Positions 9,001 to 18,918 of a stretch of 40,648 nucleotides of DNA are shown piece by piece; within the stretch, counting starts at the first letter, position 1, and each line of letters starts with the position of its first letter. The notes under the pieces are model-generated. The model was not told the origin of the DNA. It saw nothing but the letters and a program-made list of their open reading frames with translations, and did not search any database. Source of the DNA: a virus; the IMG/VR virus record IMGVR_UViG_3300045988_174062; one strand, 5' to 3'. Made by a program: the position numbers and the translations under genes.

Positions 9001-10204
9001 CACTAGCACTAAACGATGTTGAGCTTCCCATTTCTAAAGCCTTTTTCTCAAGATTTACATAGGATGTAGCAGTTTTATCTGCAATACCAGATGTTGCTTG
9101 AAGTTTACTCATTGCACTTGTAAAATCAGTTCCAGCTTTAGTTGCTGCAGCACCTGCTAATGTAATCGGTGCTGTTACTCCTGTTGTCATAGATTGACCA
9201 ATTGATTTTAAATCATTACCAACACCATTTAAACTACTACTAATTTTATCAAAGGGCATTTTTAAAAGTTCATTAGATAGTTCTTTTACCTCTGCTTGAG
9301 TATTATTAAGAGCAGTTTTATATTCTTTTAATTCATTCTCATTTTGATTTATTTCATTTTCAAGAGTATTAAATGAATCTTTTAATTGTAATAGTTTCTG
9401 CCTGTATTCATTAACTTGTGAACTATTTTCTCCATACATATTTGATGCTCTATCAAGATGTTGAGAGTATGTTTGTATTTTAGATTCTAATTGAGAGTAT
9501 TCATCTTTTTGTTTATTTAAAGTACTTGATAATTTATCAATTTCATTTTCATATGCATTTATTTTACTAGTACCTGATTTAATTTCAGATGAAAGTTTAT
9601 TTATTTCGTTACCTAACTTTTGAAAGTATGTACCATTTTGATTTAACTGTGTTCCTAATTTATTAAATTCTGATTGAGTTAATTCTGCTTCTCTTGATAT
9701 ATTCTCTAATTTTTCATCTAGTGTTTCAGTTTTATTTCCTAATTGTTCAAACTTAGTTTTAGATTCATTAAGCTCCGTTGTTAATTTTGATATATTACCT
9801 TTAGTTATTGTTATATCACTTGATAGTTTCGCCAATTTATCAGCATTTTTCTGAACTAGATCAGCTTGATCTTTCCACTCTTTAGAGTTTTTATCAATGC
9901 TTTCGTCCATTTCTTCTAATTTCTTTTTACTTGCTTCAAGGGCTTTAGCAACTGATTTATGCTCTTTTTCTTGTATTTCTAATTTTTTATTATTTGCATC
10001 AAGTTGTTTAGTTAATTTTTGTATTTTTGAATCTAAGCCTTGATATGTATCTTCAAAGTTTTTAACGCCTTTAGCTGCAGATTTAAACTCTTTTTCAGTT
10101 CTATTTATAAGTTTATTTAATGATGAAATTTGTTTGTCTGCACTCTGAGACTCAAAACTAAGGGATATGGCTAATTCTCCTACTTCTTCTTTTTTATTAG
10201 ACAT
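6077..10204 (-). CDS. Tail tape measure protein
   Basis: 1375 aa with an N-terminal coiled coil and a TP901-type core-like region (GMDLARCSDLVTDSMSSASIASEDF...). A Gly/Ala-rich hydrophobic segment (IVTIAGVAAATGPLLAVLGQILIVGG) is present. The position follows the major tail and chaperone genes. Confidence 0.9.
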   Translation of the reverse strand: MSNKKEEVGELAISLSFESQSADKQISSLNKLINRTEKEFKSAAKGVKNFEDTYQGLDSKIQKLTKQLDANNKKLEIQEKEHKSVAKALEASKKKLEEMDESIDKNSKEWKDQADLVQKNADKLAKLSSDITITKGNISKLTTELNESKTKFEQLGNKTETLDEKLENISREAELTQSEFNKLGTQLNQNGTYFQKLGNEINKLSSEIKSGTSKINAYENEIDKLSSTLNKQKDEYSQLESKIQTYSQHLDRASNMYGENSSQVNEYRQKLLQLKDSFNTLENEINQNENELKEYKTALNNTQAEVKELSNELLKMPFDKISSSLNGVGNDLKSIGQSMTTGVTAPITLAGAAATKAGTDFTSAMSKLQATSGIADKTATSYVNLEKKALEMGSSTSFSASEAADGLTYLALASWDVETQIERIEPVLRAAEAGGMDLARCSDLVTDSMSSASIASEDFATYLDIVAQAQRKSNTSMEQMLEAYTIAGGMFSSLNIPLEESGALLGILANRGTKGSEAGNALISVFSNLITETGQAGTALEAMGISLYDSTGKQRNMVEVLKEMAKKLGVTADGTSNLTEQQKQQYAAMVGGKTQFDTLMKLLSGVSNEYDELHSQLINSNGALEEMATIMKDNLGGKIDNMKSAIEGALIEAFKALEPTLEKIVGWITETANWFSNLDEEAQKNIVTIAGVAAATGPLLAVLGQILIVGGNAVNLFGALKTAGSGNIKMFGLLKNAIGLVSGPAGFVALIGMLVALMAKLGDNENKLSDLQEKWGTFGKVIGQICEHMTGTVQLSVGNIGILLSTLGKTILAILKGDFKSIDDIWAEGWAKVENNTAIAMSNINYESSNGIALMREMTEIELNNLTGTFDVALKELPKLTADNASEMADTFVTRMQGLDADTLTILRGTSDTMAVLFEGIYENMSKEDAHNKFTANLESMAKSGEFTSDKISQDISDAMNLIDKNVMDGSERVKQSAQNMFDNLTTISQFGMDATVENVVSSVNNMSDETIAQLASMGGHWETLFGGIALTGKDAIGDMEGHIKGRLQELSQTSPQFVAEMEAQMSAYFEQANTNGSTSIDELSNNVEADSKQIEQSMDIHTKDGTNALNTNLDKGAKDVSKSLNAIKNTTNTDMGSANNAMQQNATTMYKGVSTSFYKMEQKAKQSSTDMMKGVNTSTHKMANESRQDASHMHNGVRDSASAMSLKVRQSASEMYKGVTTSTRKMADAAISDWNRVRKAYSKPITGTVTKTTVNKSISAQSKVRSIPTNNDIPTIASLEPTYQLRTPDISDFAISSRYYNSSYSERVSITKAKHNDSNKDNISKTNELLNQLISLMKNNNLNNEDIIIQVNLEGEKIVDYVSKKMARNVRKRM

Positions 10205-10216
10205 TTAACCACCACC

Positions 10217-10756
10217 TTAAAATACTTCAACTTCTTCATCTTTTATATTGTTAAATTTCTTATATATATTAAGTTGTTCAAAATAATTTTTAGGAGTTAT
10301 ATTCCAAAAGTTATCATTTCTACCGATTATACTATTCCAAATATATTCCATATAATCTAACTCCCAATCCTTATCTTCATATAATAAATAATCATCTTCA
10401 AATATTGATTCTTCTTTACTCTCTTTAGTTTTTGGAAGACATTTAGTCATTACGTCATTTATATATGTAAAAATAGAATTAAATCTATTTAATGCTTCTA
10501 AATCATCTGTATCTTTTAAGTAAATTTCTAAGAATTTATTAGATTGTGATTTATCTATTCTTGCTAATGTATTAAGTACAAATGAAGAAATATAAAGCAT
10601 ATTGAACTCAGAAATTTTTATAAATATATTAGTAATACTTGTTTGTTCACCTTCATTTAAAAGGTCCTCTTGTATCTTCTTCAATGAATATATATCCATT
10701 GTTCCTTTAAATTCATGTCCATCTAAATTTAAAGTCGATGTATACATTTTTATCAC
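10217..10756 (-). CDS. Tail assembly chaperone-position protein
   Basis: 179 aa, acidic, between the major tail protein and the tape measure. The call rests on position only. Confidence 0.45.
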   Translation of the reverse strand: MIKMYTSTLNLDGHEFKGTMDIYSLKKIQEDLLNEGEQTSITNIFIKISEFNMLYISSFVLNTLARIDKSQSNKFLEIYLKDTDDLEALNRFNSIFTYINDVMTKCLPKTKESKEESIFEDDYLLYEDKDWELDYMEYIWNSIIGRNDNFWNITPKNYFEQLNIYKKFNNIKDEEVEVF

Positions 10757-10792
10757 CTACTTTTTATTAGCAATGCATACTATTAGTTAAAA

Positions 10793-10850
10793 TAAAAAGA
10801 CTGCATGAATTTAAAGCTATTCATACAGTCTTTTTATTTTCCTTTGATAT
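10793..10850. terminator. Bidirectional-looking hairpin terminator after the major tail gene
   Basis: agactgcatgaa (10797-10808) pairs with ttcatacagtct (10829-10840). An A-run precedes it and a T-run follows. Confidence 0.55.
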
Positions 10851-10856
10851 TTTATA

Positions 10857-11579
10857 TTACTTTGCCTCTGAAACTTCCTTAGAATCTAATTTTGTAGTTT
10901 CTATATCTTTTTCTATATTCTTCTCTGGTTGCTTTTTAGATTTTGTAACTTTAATTCTTCCTGTTCCATCATCTATATTAGTTTCTGTAGCTTTAAGTGA
11001 TTCTGTGTCTGTAATTTCTTGAGGAAACTGTACTTCTTTAAACCAGTTTGTAACTTGTTGCTGATCTACTGTTGAATCATCCGTATCTATGTAGAAATAC
11101 ACTAGATTTACGCCTTCATGTTCACATGAACTTATAGAGTATTCTATATCATTTGTTTCATAGTTACCTTTTCCTTCTTCTATTGTTTCACCTGATATAT
11201 CTGTTGGAGAACACTTACATGCATATACAACATATAGTCTTCTAGCACCGCCTGTTATTCTTCTCTCGAATAAAAATGCTCCTATAGGTGCTTCGTCTGT
11301 ATCAGATACAGCTATCCCACCTTTAACGGCTTTATTTCCAAATAATAATACTCTTTCTTCCTTACTTAATCCTAATACAGTAAGAGATCCTTCTCCACCA
11401 CCGTATAAGAATTCATTTATAACCGCTATATTATCAGCCCATTCTTGTATATTCTCATATTTGAATTTATTCTCTATTTTTTTCGCATGAAATATATGAA
11501 CTGGAGAATCAAATGTAGAACCGTTAAACGGTGCAAAATGTATATTACTTAATCCTACGCACGCTTTTGTTTTTTTCAT
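10857..11579 (-). CDS. Major tail protein
   Basis: 240 aa. The N-terminus KACVGLSNIHFAPF resembles phi13-family major tail proteins. It is followed by a terminator, consistent with a highly expressed gene, and sits in the expected position. Confidence 0.7.
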   Translation of the reverse strand: MKKTKACVGLSNIHFAPFNGSTFDSPVHIFHAKKIENKFKYENIQEWADNIAVINEFLYGGGEGSLTVLGLSKEERVLLFGNKAVKGGIAVSDTDEAPIGAFLFERRITGGARRLYVVYACKCSPTDISGETIEEGKGNYETNDIEYSISSCEHEGVNLVYFYIDTDDSTVDQQQVTNWFKEVQFPQEITDTESLKATETNIDDGTGRIKVTKSKKQPEKNIEKDIETTKLDSKEVSEAK

Positions 11580-11645
11580 ATTGCTACCTTCTTTCTTATA
11601 TATTTTTATATTTTTAACACAAAAAGAGTAGTTTCATATACAAAA

Positions 11646-11987
11646 CTACTCTTTTATATCTGTTGTATCCATTACATATATAAAGTCCATGCTTTTACCA
11701 CGAACTCCTTCTCCTTTTAAATCATTACCGCCATCATAGATAAATCCATTTTCTTTTAATAATGATTTAATTTTTCTATATTTATTTATATTATCTAAAT
11801 TCTTATACCAGTAATTAACTGTTATATAATATGTTTCAGTTAAATTGCCTTCTGTTGTTATATTAGAATCTTTATCATCGTATATGCTAAATACTATATA
11901 TTCATCTAAAGACTCTGTGTTATCTAACTCTTCCCATCCAATATCTATTCCGAATTGTTCAAGCAAATCGACTAATATTTGATGCAT
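11646..11987 (-). CDS. Tail terminator / completion-position protein
   Basis: 113-aa ORF directly upstream of the major tail gene. The call rests on position only. Confidence 0.4.
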   Translation of the reverse strand: MHQILVDLLEQFGIDIGWEELDNTESLDEYIVFSIYDDKDSNITTEGNLTETYYITVNYWYKNLDNINKYRKIKSLLKENGFIYDGGNDLKGEGVRGKSMDFIYVMDTTDIKE

Positions 11988-11996
11988 TTATTCCAC

Positions 11997-12446
11997 CTAC
12001 TTTTTTATTCCTGATGTTATTTCTTTCATTACAGTTTTATTTATAGCTTCATTAGCTTTTTTTATAGAATTATTGAATGATTTTTTCATCCATTTCCTAC
12101 CTGCAACGGCTTTACCTCCTCTAGAGTAACCATGTTCTTGATAATATCCATATACTACTTCTCTTTCTTGAGCATTTTGAATCCCTACATGAACTTTTCT
12201 CTTTAAATCAGTTCCTTGTTTTTTACCAATATCTAAACTAGCTTTTAATCTTCCACCAGCTCTACGATTCTTTTTGTTAGGTGTATGCACAGGAACATTT
12301 TTCCTTTCTTCTTCAAGAATTATTTCTGCTCCCGCATCAAGGCTTTTGTCTATTACATTTTTTCTAATATTCTTCTGAATAGTCATTAGATTAGCTTTAA
12401 CTTTGCTAAAATCAAATTCCAAGCCCATTTTAAGACTCCTTTTCAA
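11997..12446 (-). CDS. HK97 gp10-like tail-component protein
   Basis: 149 aa. The size, position and the KNVPVHT...GRLKASL segment resemble the gp10 family. Confidence 0.5.
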   Translation of the reverse strand: MKRSLKMGLEFDFSKVKANLMTIQKNIRKNVIDKSLDAGAEIILEEERKNVPVHTPNKKNRRAGGRLKASLDIGKKQGTDLKRKVHVGIQNAQEREVVYGYYQEHGYSRGGKAVAGRKWMKKSFNNSIKKANEAINKTVMKEITSGIKK

Positions 12447-13092
12447 TTTCTAGTTGAATTAATTTATTTTCATTATTTATATTTAATGAACTAATTATCT
12501 TATACTTAACGCCATTAATGCCAATTTTATATTTTGATAAAATATCTTTACTTATCGATGAATCCAACTCTTTAATATATTTTAAAGTTATCTTTTTCTG
12601 AACAATAATTTTAGATATATCATTAGATGTCTTTTCTCTAGTCGACTTATCTAAAATATTTTCTACTTTACACCAAGCATTTTTAAAAATATTTAAAGTT
12701 TGATTTGCTATAGGGCTAATTCTATTTGCTTTATAAATAGATATATATGTATCCATTTCATCTTCATAATTACTTAAAAACATATATAAATTCTTTTTAG
12801 TAAAATCAGGTTCTATGTATTTAATACTATATACATTATCATCAATTAAAACTATATGATCACTCTTTATTTTATTCATATATGGAGTGTTAATCTTCAG
12901 TTCTATTTTATACCCTGTATCATCAAACTTTAACCTATCCTGCTCTCTAATGGTTTTATATGAAAAAAAGAGCTTACCCTCTTGAATAAACTCTTTTTCA
13001 TCTAATAAAATTTCATTATTATCATACTTTTCTACATATCTACCAAACTTCAATACTCCATCATTATATTGATTGATTTTTCTTTTCAGCAT
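12430..13092 (-). CDS. Head closure / head-tail adaptor candidate
   Basis: 220 aa. It overlaps both neighbours (translational coupling). The call rests on position. Confidence 0.4.
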   Translation of the reverse strand: MLKRKINQYNDGVLKFGRYVEKYDNNEILLDEKEFIQEGKLFFSYKTIREQDRLKFDDTGYKIELKINTPYMNKIKSDHIVLIDDNVYSIKYIEPDFTKKNLYMFLSNYEDEMDTYISIYKANRISPIANQTLNIFKNAWCKVENILDKSTREKTSNDISKIIVQKKITLKYIKELDSSISKDILSKYKIGINGVKYKIISSLNINNENKLIQLEIEKES

Positions 13093-13372
13093 ATTGCTTT
13101 ACCTCATATATAGCTCTTATTTGGTATATCTCGTTCATATATTTTTTATCAAACTCATCTAAACAATCATTCCATGCATACAGACAATAATTTAAAAATA
13201 ATCTACGCTCCATACCTTTTACAGAATAATCTATCGTAGCACCTAACTTATGATTTAATGCTATTTCTGCATCTTCTATCATACTATCTATTTTTTTATT
13301 GATAGATTCATCTTCCCAAGTTATGTTGCAAATATTTTTAACTTTTATTATTAAGGATTCTTTAGATTCCAT
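13064..13372 (-). CDS. gp6-like head-tail connector protein
   Basis: 102 aa directly after the capsid gene. The pattern SMIEDAEIALNHKLG is typical of the connector / DNA-packaging family. Confidence 0.5.
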   Translation of the reverse strand: MESKESLIIKVKNICNITWEDESINKKIDSMIEDAEIALNHKLGATIDYSVKGMERRLFLNYCLYAWNDCLDEFDKKYMNEIYQIRAIYEVKQYAEKKNQSI

Positions 13373-14613
13373 TACTTAGTCTTTCTTGATGCTTGTTTAG
13401 CTAAAGTTTGAGTATCTGTATTAATATTAACTGTTGTATATGTTGGTTCTAATTCTGATATATCTAATAATAACGCTGACGTATTATCATAAGCTTTACC
13501 ATCTCCAAAAGTTTTTATTTTGTAATACCTCATATCTTCTAAGAATTTATACTCATCTGAATACTCTATAATTCCATCTTTAGATCCACCCATACCCATA
13601 AAATACTCTTCTATTAAACATAGTATAGCTTCACCCTCAGGTATAAAATTAGATTTTATAACATCAGTAGGAATCACAAAAACATTACGATTGTATCCTC
13701 CAAATGTTTCAACAGTTGTTGCAGGCATTATTTTATTATAATAATCAATAGGATTACATATAAGTGTAACTGGGTTCTTTTCTATTTTTCTCATTCTTTC
13801 ATTTTCTGTTTTAATTAATTTAGATACTAATTTCGGATATTCCTCTTTAGAAAAAGATGTTACAGATATTGTATCTTTTTTAGGATAAACTCCATCTGAA
13901 ACACTTACTCCTTTAGATATATTTCTATTTAATCCTATAGGTTCATTCTTACCTGTTCCATCTATTATAGCTTTTTCAAGTCCTGAAGAAATAGCTTCTT
14001 TTAAAACTTCTCTTATGTATTTATCTATAAATGTTGGTCCTATATCTAGCATATCTTTAGGTATTGCAGCAAATGCAGATAACTTATTTTGAGATATATC
14101 TACAATTTTGAATGCTGATGTTATCTCTTTCTCTATGTCTGAGTTTAATTCGCCCCAGAATGCAGTATCTCTTGTATGATCATTCAATACCCATTTAGTT
14201 AAAAATTTTGTATGAGTAAAATTTATCTTGTTTAATAATGGATGCTCTTCTCTTAAATCTTTAAATACATCTTCTATTATAGTTTCTGGCATTATACCTT
14301 CTGGAGATGTTAAAAAATTCGAGAATTCTTGCTTTGGTGTTCTACTTTTTGATGCTTCTATAAATTTTTGATACCAAACTTTTTCTTTATTTGTTAATTG
14401 TCTATATCCTCTTTGTGCTAATACAGCTCTATCTGCTTCTTCGTTATACTTATCAGAATCAGCCTTAACTTCATCAATTATATGTTGTTTAAATATTAAA
14501 AGAGCTTCTTCCATAGCTAAATTATCACCTTCTTGCGCTCCACTTCCTAATGCAGCTTGGACAACTGCTCCTACTCCTGGGTCTTGTATTTTAGTATTTA
14601 CTGATATTGGCAT
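13372..14613 (-). CDS. Major capsid protein (HK97 fold family)
   Basis: 413 aa, immediately after the ClpP-type prohead protease (overlapping stop and start). The size and order are canonical. Confidence 0.85.
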   Translation of the reverse strand: MPISVNTKIQDPGVGAVVQAALGSGAQEGDNLAMEEALLIFKQHIIDEVKADSDKYNEEADRAVLAQRGYRQLTNKEKVWYQKFIEASKSRTPKQEFSNFLTSPEGIMPETIIEDVFKDLREEHPLLNKINFTHTKFLTKWVLNDHTRDTAFWGELNSDIEKEITSAFKIVDISQNKLSAFAAIPKDMLDIGPTFIDKYIREVLKEAISSGLEKAIIDGTGKNEPIGLNRNISKGVSVSDGVYPKKDTISVTSFSKEEYPKLVSKLIKTENERMRKIEKNPVTLICNPIDYYNKIMPATTVETFGGYNRNVFVIPTDVIKSNFIPEGEAILCLIEEYFMGMGGSKDGIIEYSDEYKFLEDMRYYKIKTFGDGKAYDNTSALLLDISELEPTYTTVNINTDTQTLAKQASRKTK

Positions 14614-15350
14614 TATTTTTCTCCTCCCACTATTTTATTTATTGCATTAAAAAAAGAACCGCTTATTATTTGTTTATTTGGTTCTTTTTCGCCTTCTTTT
14701 AATTTTTGATGTAATTCTTCTAATTTCTTTTCTTTTTCTTGTTCTTGTCTTTCTAGTATCATAGACATTAAATAATTTCTAATATCTTGGCTTACTGATT
14801 CATTTTTCTTTTCATTTGTTATGGTAGTTGCAAATCCTTTTTCAAATGCTTCTTGAGGCGTTAGCCATGTTTCATTATCTAAAAGTTGCCTTAATTCTTC
14901 CTCTGATATATTCACATCTTGTAAATATACATTTATAGATGCTTGAGTTATTTTTTCTAAATCATCCGCCTGTTTTCTAAGTTCATTTGCATTACCAGAA
15001 ATATTTGTCCAAGCATTATGTATCATTAATAAACTAGCATTAGACATTATTCTTTCATCTCCAGCCATAAATATAACACTGGCTATAGAACATGCGAAAC
15101 CGTCACAGTATGTTCTAACTGTTGCTTTATGTCTTTTTAATGTATTATAAATAGCTAATCCTTCTGCGACTTCTCCACCATATGAGTTAATATATATATT
15201 TATGAAATCAACATCAAGATCTTCTAATTGCTTTGAAAGATTATACGCTGATGTATTTCTTTCATTCCAACTCCACGATGATATATTCCCATAAATGACT
15301 ATATTAGCTTCATTATCTGATTTTTGTAATGAATAATATTGCTTATTCAT
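14613..15350 (-). CDS. ClpP-family prohead (head maturation) protease
   Basis: IYINSYGGEVAEGLAIYNTLK...CDGFACSIASVIFMAGD...LLMIHNAW is the Clp protease Ser/His core. The C-terminal coiled coil looks scaffold-like. Confidence 0.85.
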   Translation of the reverse strand: MNKQYYSLQKSDNEANIVIYGNISSWSWNERNTSAYNLSKQLEDLDVDFINIYINSYGGEVAEGLAIYNTLKRHKATVRTYCDGFACSIASVIFMAGDERIMSNASLLMIHNAWTNISGNANELRKQADDLEKITQASINVYLQDVNISEEELRQLLDNETWLTPQEAFEKGFATTITNEKKNESVSQDIRNYLMSMILERQEQEKEKKLEELHQKLKEGEKEPNKQIISGSFFNAINKIVGGEK

Positions 15351-16506
15351 TTTTTATATCCTCTCCTTTCAATCGATTTTCAATAGTATCATAATTTTTA
15401 GTTATAAAATGAGTCTTACTAAAGTCATTATTTATTAAGTTCATTCCAGTTAAACTTCTTAAGTCATCTATACACACAAATCCACTTGCTATTAATTTAT
15501 CTATATTATTAGCAGATTCTAATATGTCAATATGATTAATTTTAGACGTATCTACTTTAAAATATTGACCTTGTTTCCATGCATTACAACTATGTTTTCT
15601 ATTACTTCCTTGTTTTCTAGTCAATTCATCACTCATCATAATTGCAATTGGATCTATTGCGAATGTTATAAATGCTTTGACTACATCATTAATATTAGTA
15701 ATATTACCTGACATTAATGATAAAGGAATATTACACGCTTGAGCTACAATTTTAAATATTTCTTCTCTTAAATCTATAATATCTTTTACATCTTTACTCT
15801 TTCCATTTTGAGTCATATCTATAAGCTCATAGCCTTCATATTCAGTGTAAACAGCTTCGTTGCTATTAATAAAAATTTTTAATTGATCTTCTATCGCTTT
15901 TTCAAATGCTTCATTAAATTCATCATCTCCTATTTTCGTCATAGGCATTTTAACTTTATATTTTGAACCATTTGATTTCATATAAATTTTTTGTGCAAAT
16001 CCAATTAATTCACTATATCCTTGATATATTCCGTTAATTAAATCTTTGACTTTTTTATTGTCTAATTCAAATAAATAAACTTCTTTAGCATGAAAAATTC
16101 CTTCTATATCTTTTCCATCAACAACTATATTTTTATATATATTTCCTTCAATAGGATCTTCATCTACATAAAAACTATCTGCACAAAATAATTTATTTTC
16201 TTTACTTATAACTAAAGCTTCTCCATCATAGTACATTTTTTCAATAACTTTATGCCAAAACTTACTTGCATTATAATTTTCATTTGGAGATATGTTCATA
16301 AGAAAATATGAATCTTCTTTAATTTCCACTCCATTTCTATAAGTTTTTATTTCACATTTTGATATTGCATTAGCTATATAACTTACCGCAGTATATAAAG
16401 CCATTTCTTTAAAATATATTTCTTGAATTAACGGTGTCATAATAACTTTTGTCGTGTTATTTTTTTTAGATGGAATCAGTTTTTCTAAAAAATCATACCA
16501 AGCCAT
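15343..16506 (-). CDS. Portal protein
   Basis: 387 aa, between the terminase large subunit and the protease. Size is HK97-type. Confidence 0.8.
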   Translation of the reverse strand: MAWYDFLEKLIPSKKNNTTKVIMTPLIQEIYFKEMALYTAVSYIANAISKCEIKTYRNGVEIKEDSYFLMNISPNENYNASKFWHKVIEKMYYDGEALVISKENKLFCADSFYVDEDPIEGNIYKNIVVDGKDIEGIFHAKEVYLFELDNKKVKDLINGIYQGYSELIGFAQKIYMKSNGSKYKVKMPMTKIGDDEFNEAFEKAIEDQLKIFINSNEAVYTEYEGYELIDMTQNGKSKDVKDIIDLREEIFKIVAQACNIPLSLMSGNITNINDVVKAFITFAIDPIAIMMSDELTRKQGSNRKHSCNAWKQGQYFKVDTSKINHIDILESANNIDKLIASGFVCIDDLRSLTGMNLINNDFSKTHFITKNYDTIENRLKGEDIKNE

Positions 16507-16521
16507 ACTATCACCTTCTTT

Positions 16522-18192
16522 CTAAGTAATAACTCTAATCTTTGGTATTTTTATTTTATCTTTTATTTCATCAGAGATAATCATTGCATTAACTAAAGCC
16601 ATGAATCCATCTGTTTTTCTATAATTAGGCTCTATTTTTTCATATGTCATATTTCCATTTTTCTCAACTTTTTTAGTGTTATGTGTATACCAACACATTA
16701 TAGGATTTGTACCATCTTCCGATACATCTCCCCATGCAAAGTTATGATTTATAAATACAGAATTAATAATCGGAGCAACTTTCATTATATCGTTAGGTCT
16801 AATTAGTCTTATGTTCTTTTTTTCAAAAGCATCAAACCCTATTTTCTTAAATGTTGAGTTTAATAAAGAATATCTGAAATTATCTATAGCAATTTTTAAA
16901 ATGTTATATTTAGAACCCATTTCATAGAACCAATTAACTACATAGTCAGGAGATATTTCAACATCATTTACAAAAGTAAGATGTCCCATTTTCGCATACT
17001 TTTCTAATGGAGCTTTTATTCCTGGTAAATCTCTTGATTTCATACATACAAATGTATGATGGATAACATAATATACTTTATCTACTCTAAATACTAAACA
17101 ACAAGCCACAAAGTCATTAGTTTTAGCATAATCAACACCTCCTACACATTCAAACCCTGTTAAATCTATAAGAGGTCTATTAGCTGCTAGAATATCATCC
17201 CATGTAGCAACTTCTAATTCTTTATTTCCTATAGGGAAGTTCATTCTTTTAGCCATAAACTCTGGAAAATAGTCCATATTATGTGGCATATCAATTACTT
17301 CTTTTTGTATCCTTGATTTTAACTCAGTAAAATCATTTAAAGATGGTATAGCTTTAATCCATTTTGTTGGATCATTCCATTCATTTTCATCTTCAATCCT
17401 ACACCAAAATATCAAAGTTCTATTTAAAGGATTATATTCTTTTAAAATATCTTTAGCTTGATCTAATTCTCTGTCTAAAACTCCACCTCTTACATGACCA
17501 TTAGTAGTTATAGTTATCGTTCTTCCATGTTTAACTTTACCTAAACCAGATGTAAGAGTGTTCATATTAGATACATCTACATATTCATGTTTTTCGTCAA
17601 AAATAATACATCCTGTTCTTTTTGAGTCTTTGCCTCGTTTAGACGATGTATTAAATCTTAAAACCGATTTTGTCTTTAATCCTGTTATTTCTTCTTTAGT
17701 CGCATTAAAATTTTTCTTAAGCTTTTCTTCATATGATTTTTTAACTGGTTCTTTTACTATTTCGTATACATCTTTAAATGTTGTTTTAGCTTGATCTTCA
17801 CTGTTTGCTAATAAGTCAATATTATATCCTCGTATTCCATGAAGTGGACTTAAAAAATAAAAGCTTAAATATGAAATAAATCCATTTTTACCACTACCTC
17901 TACCAACAATGATGCGTATATCATTGAATACTATATCTCCATTATCAAAGAATACTCCTACTATTAATGCAAATAAAAATACTTCCCACTCAATCAACTT
18001 GTATGGAAAGTATTTCTGTAAAGATAAACCATCTTCTATTCTTTTTTCATCTATGTATACATCTTCTCTTTCAAGAACTGGAATTATTATATTGTTAATC
18101 ATCAATTCTTGCTCATTACAGTGTTCTATTTCATTATTTAATATTTTATTTATATAAGGATCGATGTATTTACTATAACTCTTCATCGTCAT
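16522..18192 (-). CDS. terL: Terminase large subunit
   Basis: 556 aa. Walker A-like GRGSGKNGF, CIIFDEKHE (Walker B-like) and a C-terminal nuclease-type region. It overlaps terS. Confidence 0.9.
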   Translation of the reverse strand: MTMKSYSKYIDPYINKILNNEIEHCNEQELMINNIIIPVLEREDVYIDEKRIEDGLSLQKYFPYKLIEWEVFLFALIVGVFFDNGDIVFNDIRIIVGRGSGKNGFISYLSFYFLSPLHGIRGYNIDLLANSEDQAKTTFKDVYEIVKEPVKKSYEEKLKKNFNATKEEITGLKTKSVLRFNTSSKRGKDSKRTGCIIFDEKHEYVDVSNMNTLTSGLGKVKHGRTITITTNGHVRGGVLDRELDQAKDILKEYNPLNRTLIFWCRIEDENEWNDPTKWIKAIPSLNDFTELKSRIQKEVIDMPHNMDYFPEFMAKRMNFPIGNKELEVATWDDILAANRPLIDLTGFECVGGVDYAKTNDFVACCLVFRVDKVYYVIHHTFVCMKSRDLPGIKAPLEKYAKMGHLTFVNDVEISPDYVVNWFYEMGSKYNILKIAIDNFRYSLLNSTFKKIGFDAFEKKNIRLIRPNDIMKVAPIINSVFINHNFAWGDVSEDGTNPIMCWYTHNTKKVEKNGNMTYEKIEPNYRKTDGFMALVNAMIISDEIKDKIKIPKIRVIT

Positions 18193-18673
18193 CTTCCTCT
18201 TTAACAGTTATAATGTCATTTAATCCTAAGAACTCTAATATCTTTCTTCTTTCATTTGATGATTTTGTTTTCAAAGTTGCACTTTCATTATGTTTTATAC
18301 CTTTTTTAGTTTCTATTAAATGACCTCTTTCATCTAAATCATTTTTATATTTATAATAATCCTTTAAACTATCAATATAAGATTCTATTTCTATTATACT
18401 TTGAATATTTTTTTTTCCTACTATCTCTAATTGATTTAAAAGTTCTTCTCTTATTTGGTATAAATTTTTACCATCAATTATTATTTCTGTCTGCTTATCT
18501 GATTTTTTTTGAATTTCTGTCCGCTTCCACCTATGCCTTTTTATCCATGTTTTTACGGTGGCTTCTTTTACAGAATACTTCCTAGATATTTCAGGTATAC
18601 TCATACCTAAAACGTAGTCTTTTTCAGCTTCCTGATACTTTTTTATTTTTTTAACATCTTTCAAATTCACCAC
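18173..18673 (-). CDS. terS: Terminase small subunit
   Basis: 166 aa. N-terminal HTH (GMSIPEISRKYSVKEATVKTWIKRHRW) and an acidic tail. It lies directly upstream of and overlaps terL. Confidence 0.65.
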   Translation of the reverse strand: MVNLKDVKKIKKYQEAEKDYVLGMSIPEISRKYSVKEATVKTWIKRHRWKRTEIQKKSDKQTEIIIDGKNLYQIREELLNQLEIVGKKNIQSIIEIESYIDSLKDYYKYKNDLDERGHLIETKKGIKHNESATLKTKSSNERRKILEFLGLNDIITVKEEDDDEEL

Positions 18674-18771
18674 CTCAAAAATAAAATTTTATTATATTTT
18701 TTATAAGTGAAAATTGCATTTTCATCTGAAAAAATTACATTTTTTTAAAAATGGAATTTCTCTGCATACAA

Positions 18772-18832
18772 GGACCCCCCTTCCGCTCGCACATCCCCTA
18801 ATTTTAAAAAGGGTATATAGGGATAGGGGGGC
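18772..18832. other. GC-rich island between HNH and terS: candidate cos / terminase recognition site
   Basis: ggaccccccttccgctcgcacatcccctaattttaaaaagggtatatagggataggggggc. The C6 and G6 runs and ATCCCCT/AGGGAT form an imperfect inverted repeat. This is the only such GC-rich stretch I noticed in the window. Confidence 0.35.
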
Positions 18833-18918
18833 TTTATTGCCATTCTAAGACGTTTTATTTTATGTTTAAATAAAATATGCGTTTATTATTTATAAAAGCT
18901 TTTAAGTACGTTATTTTA

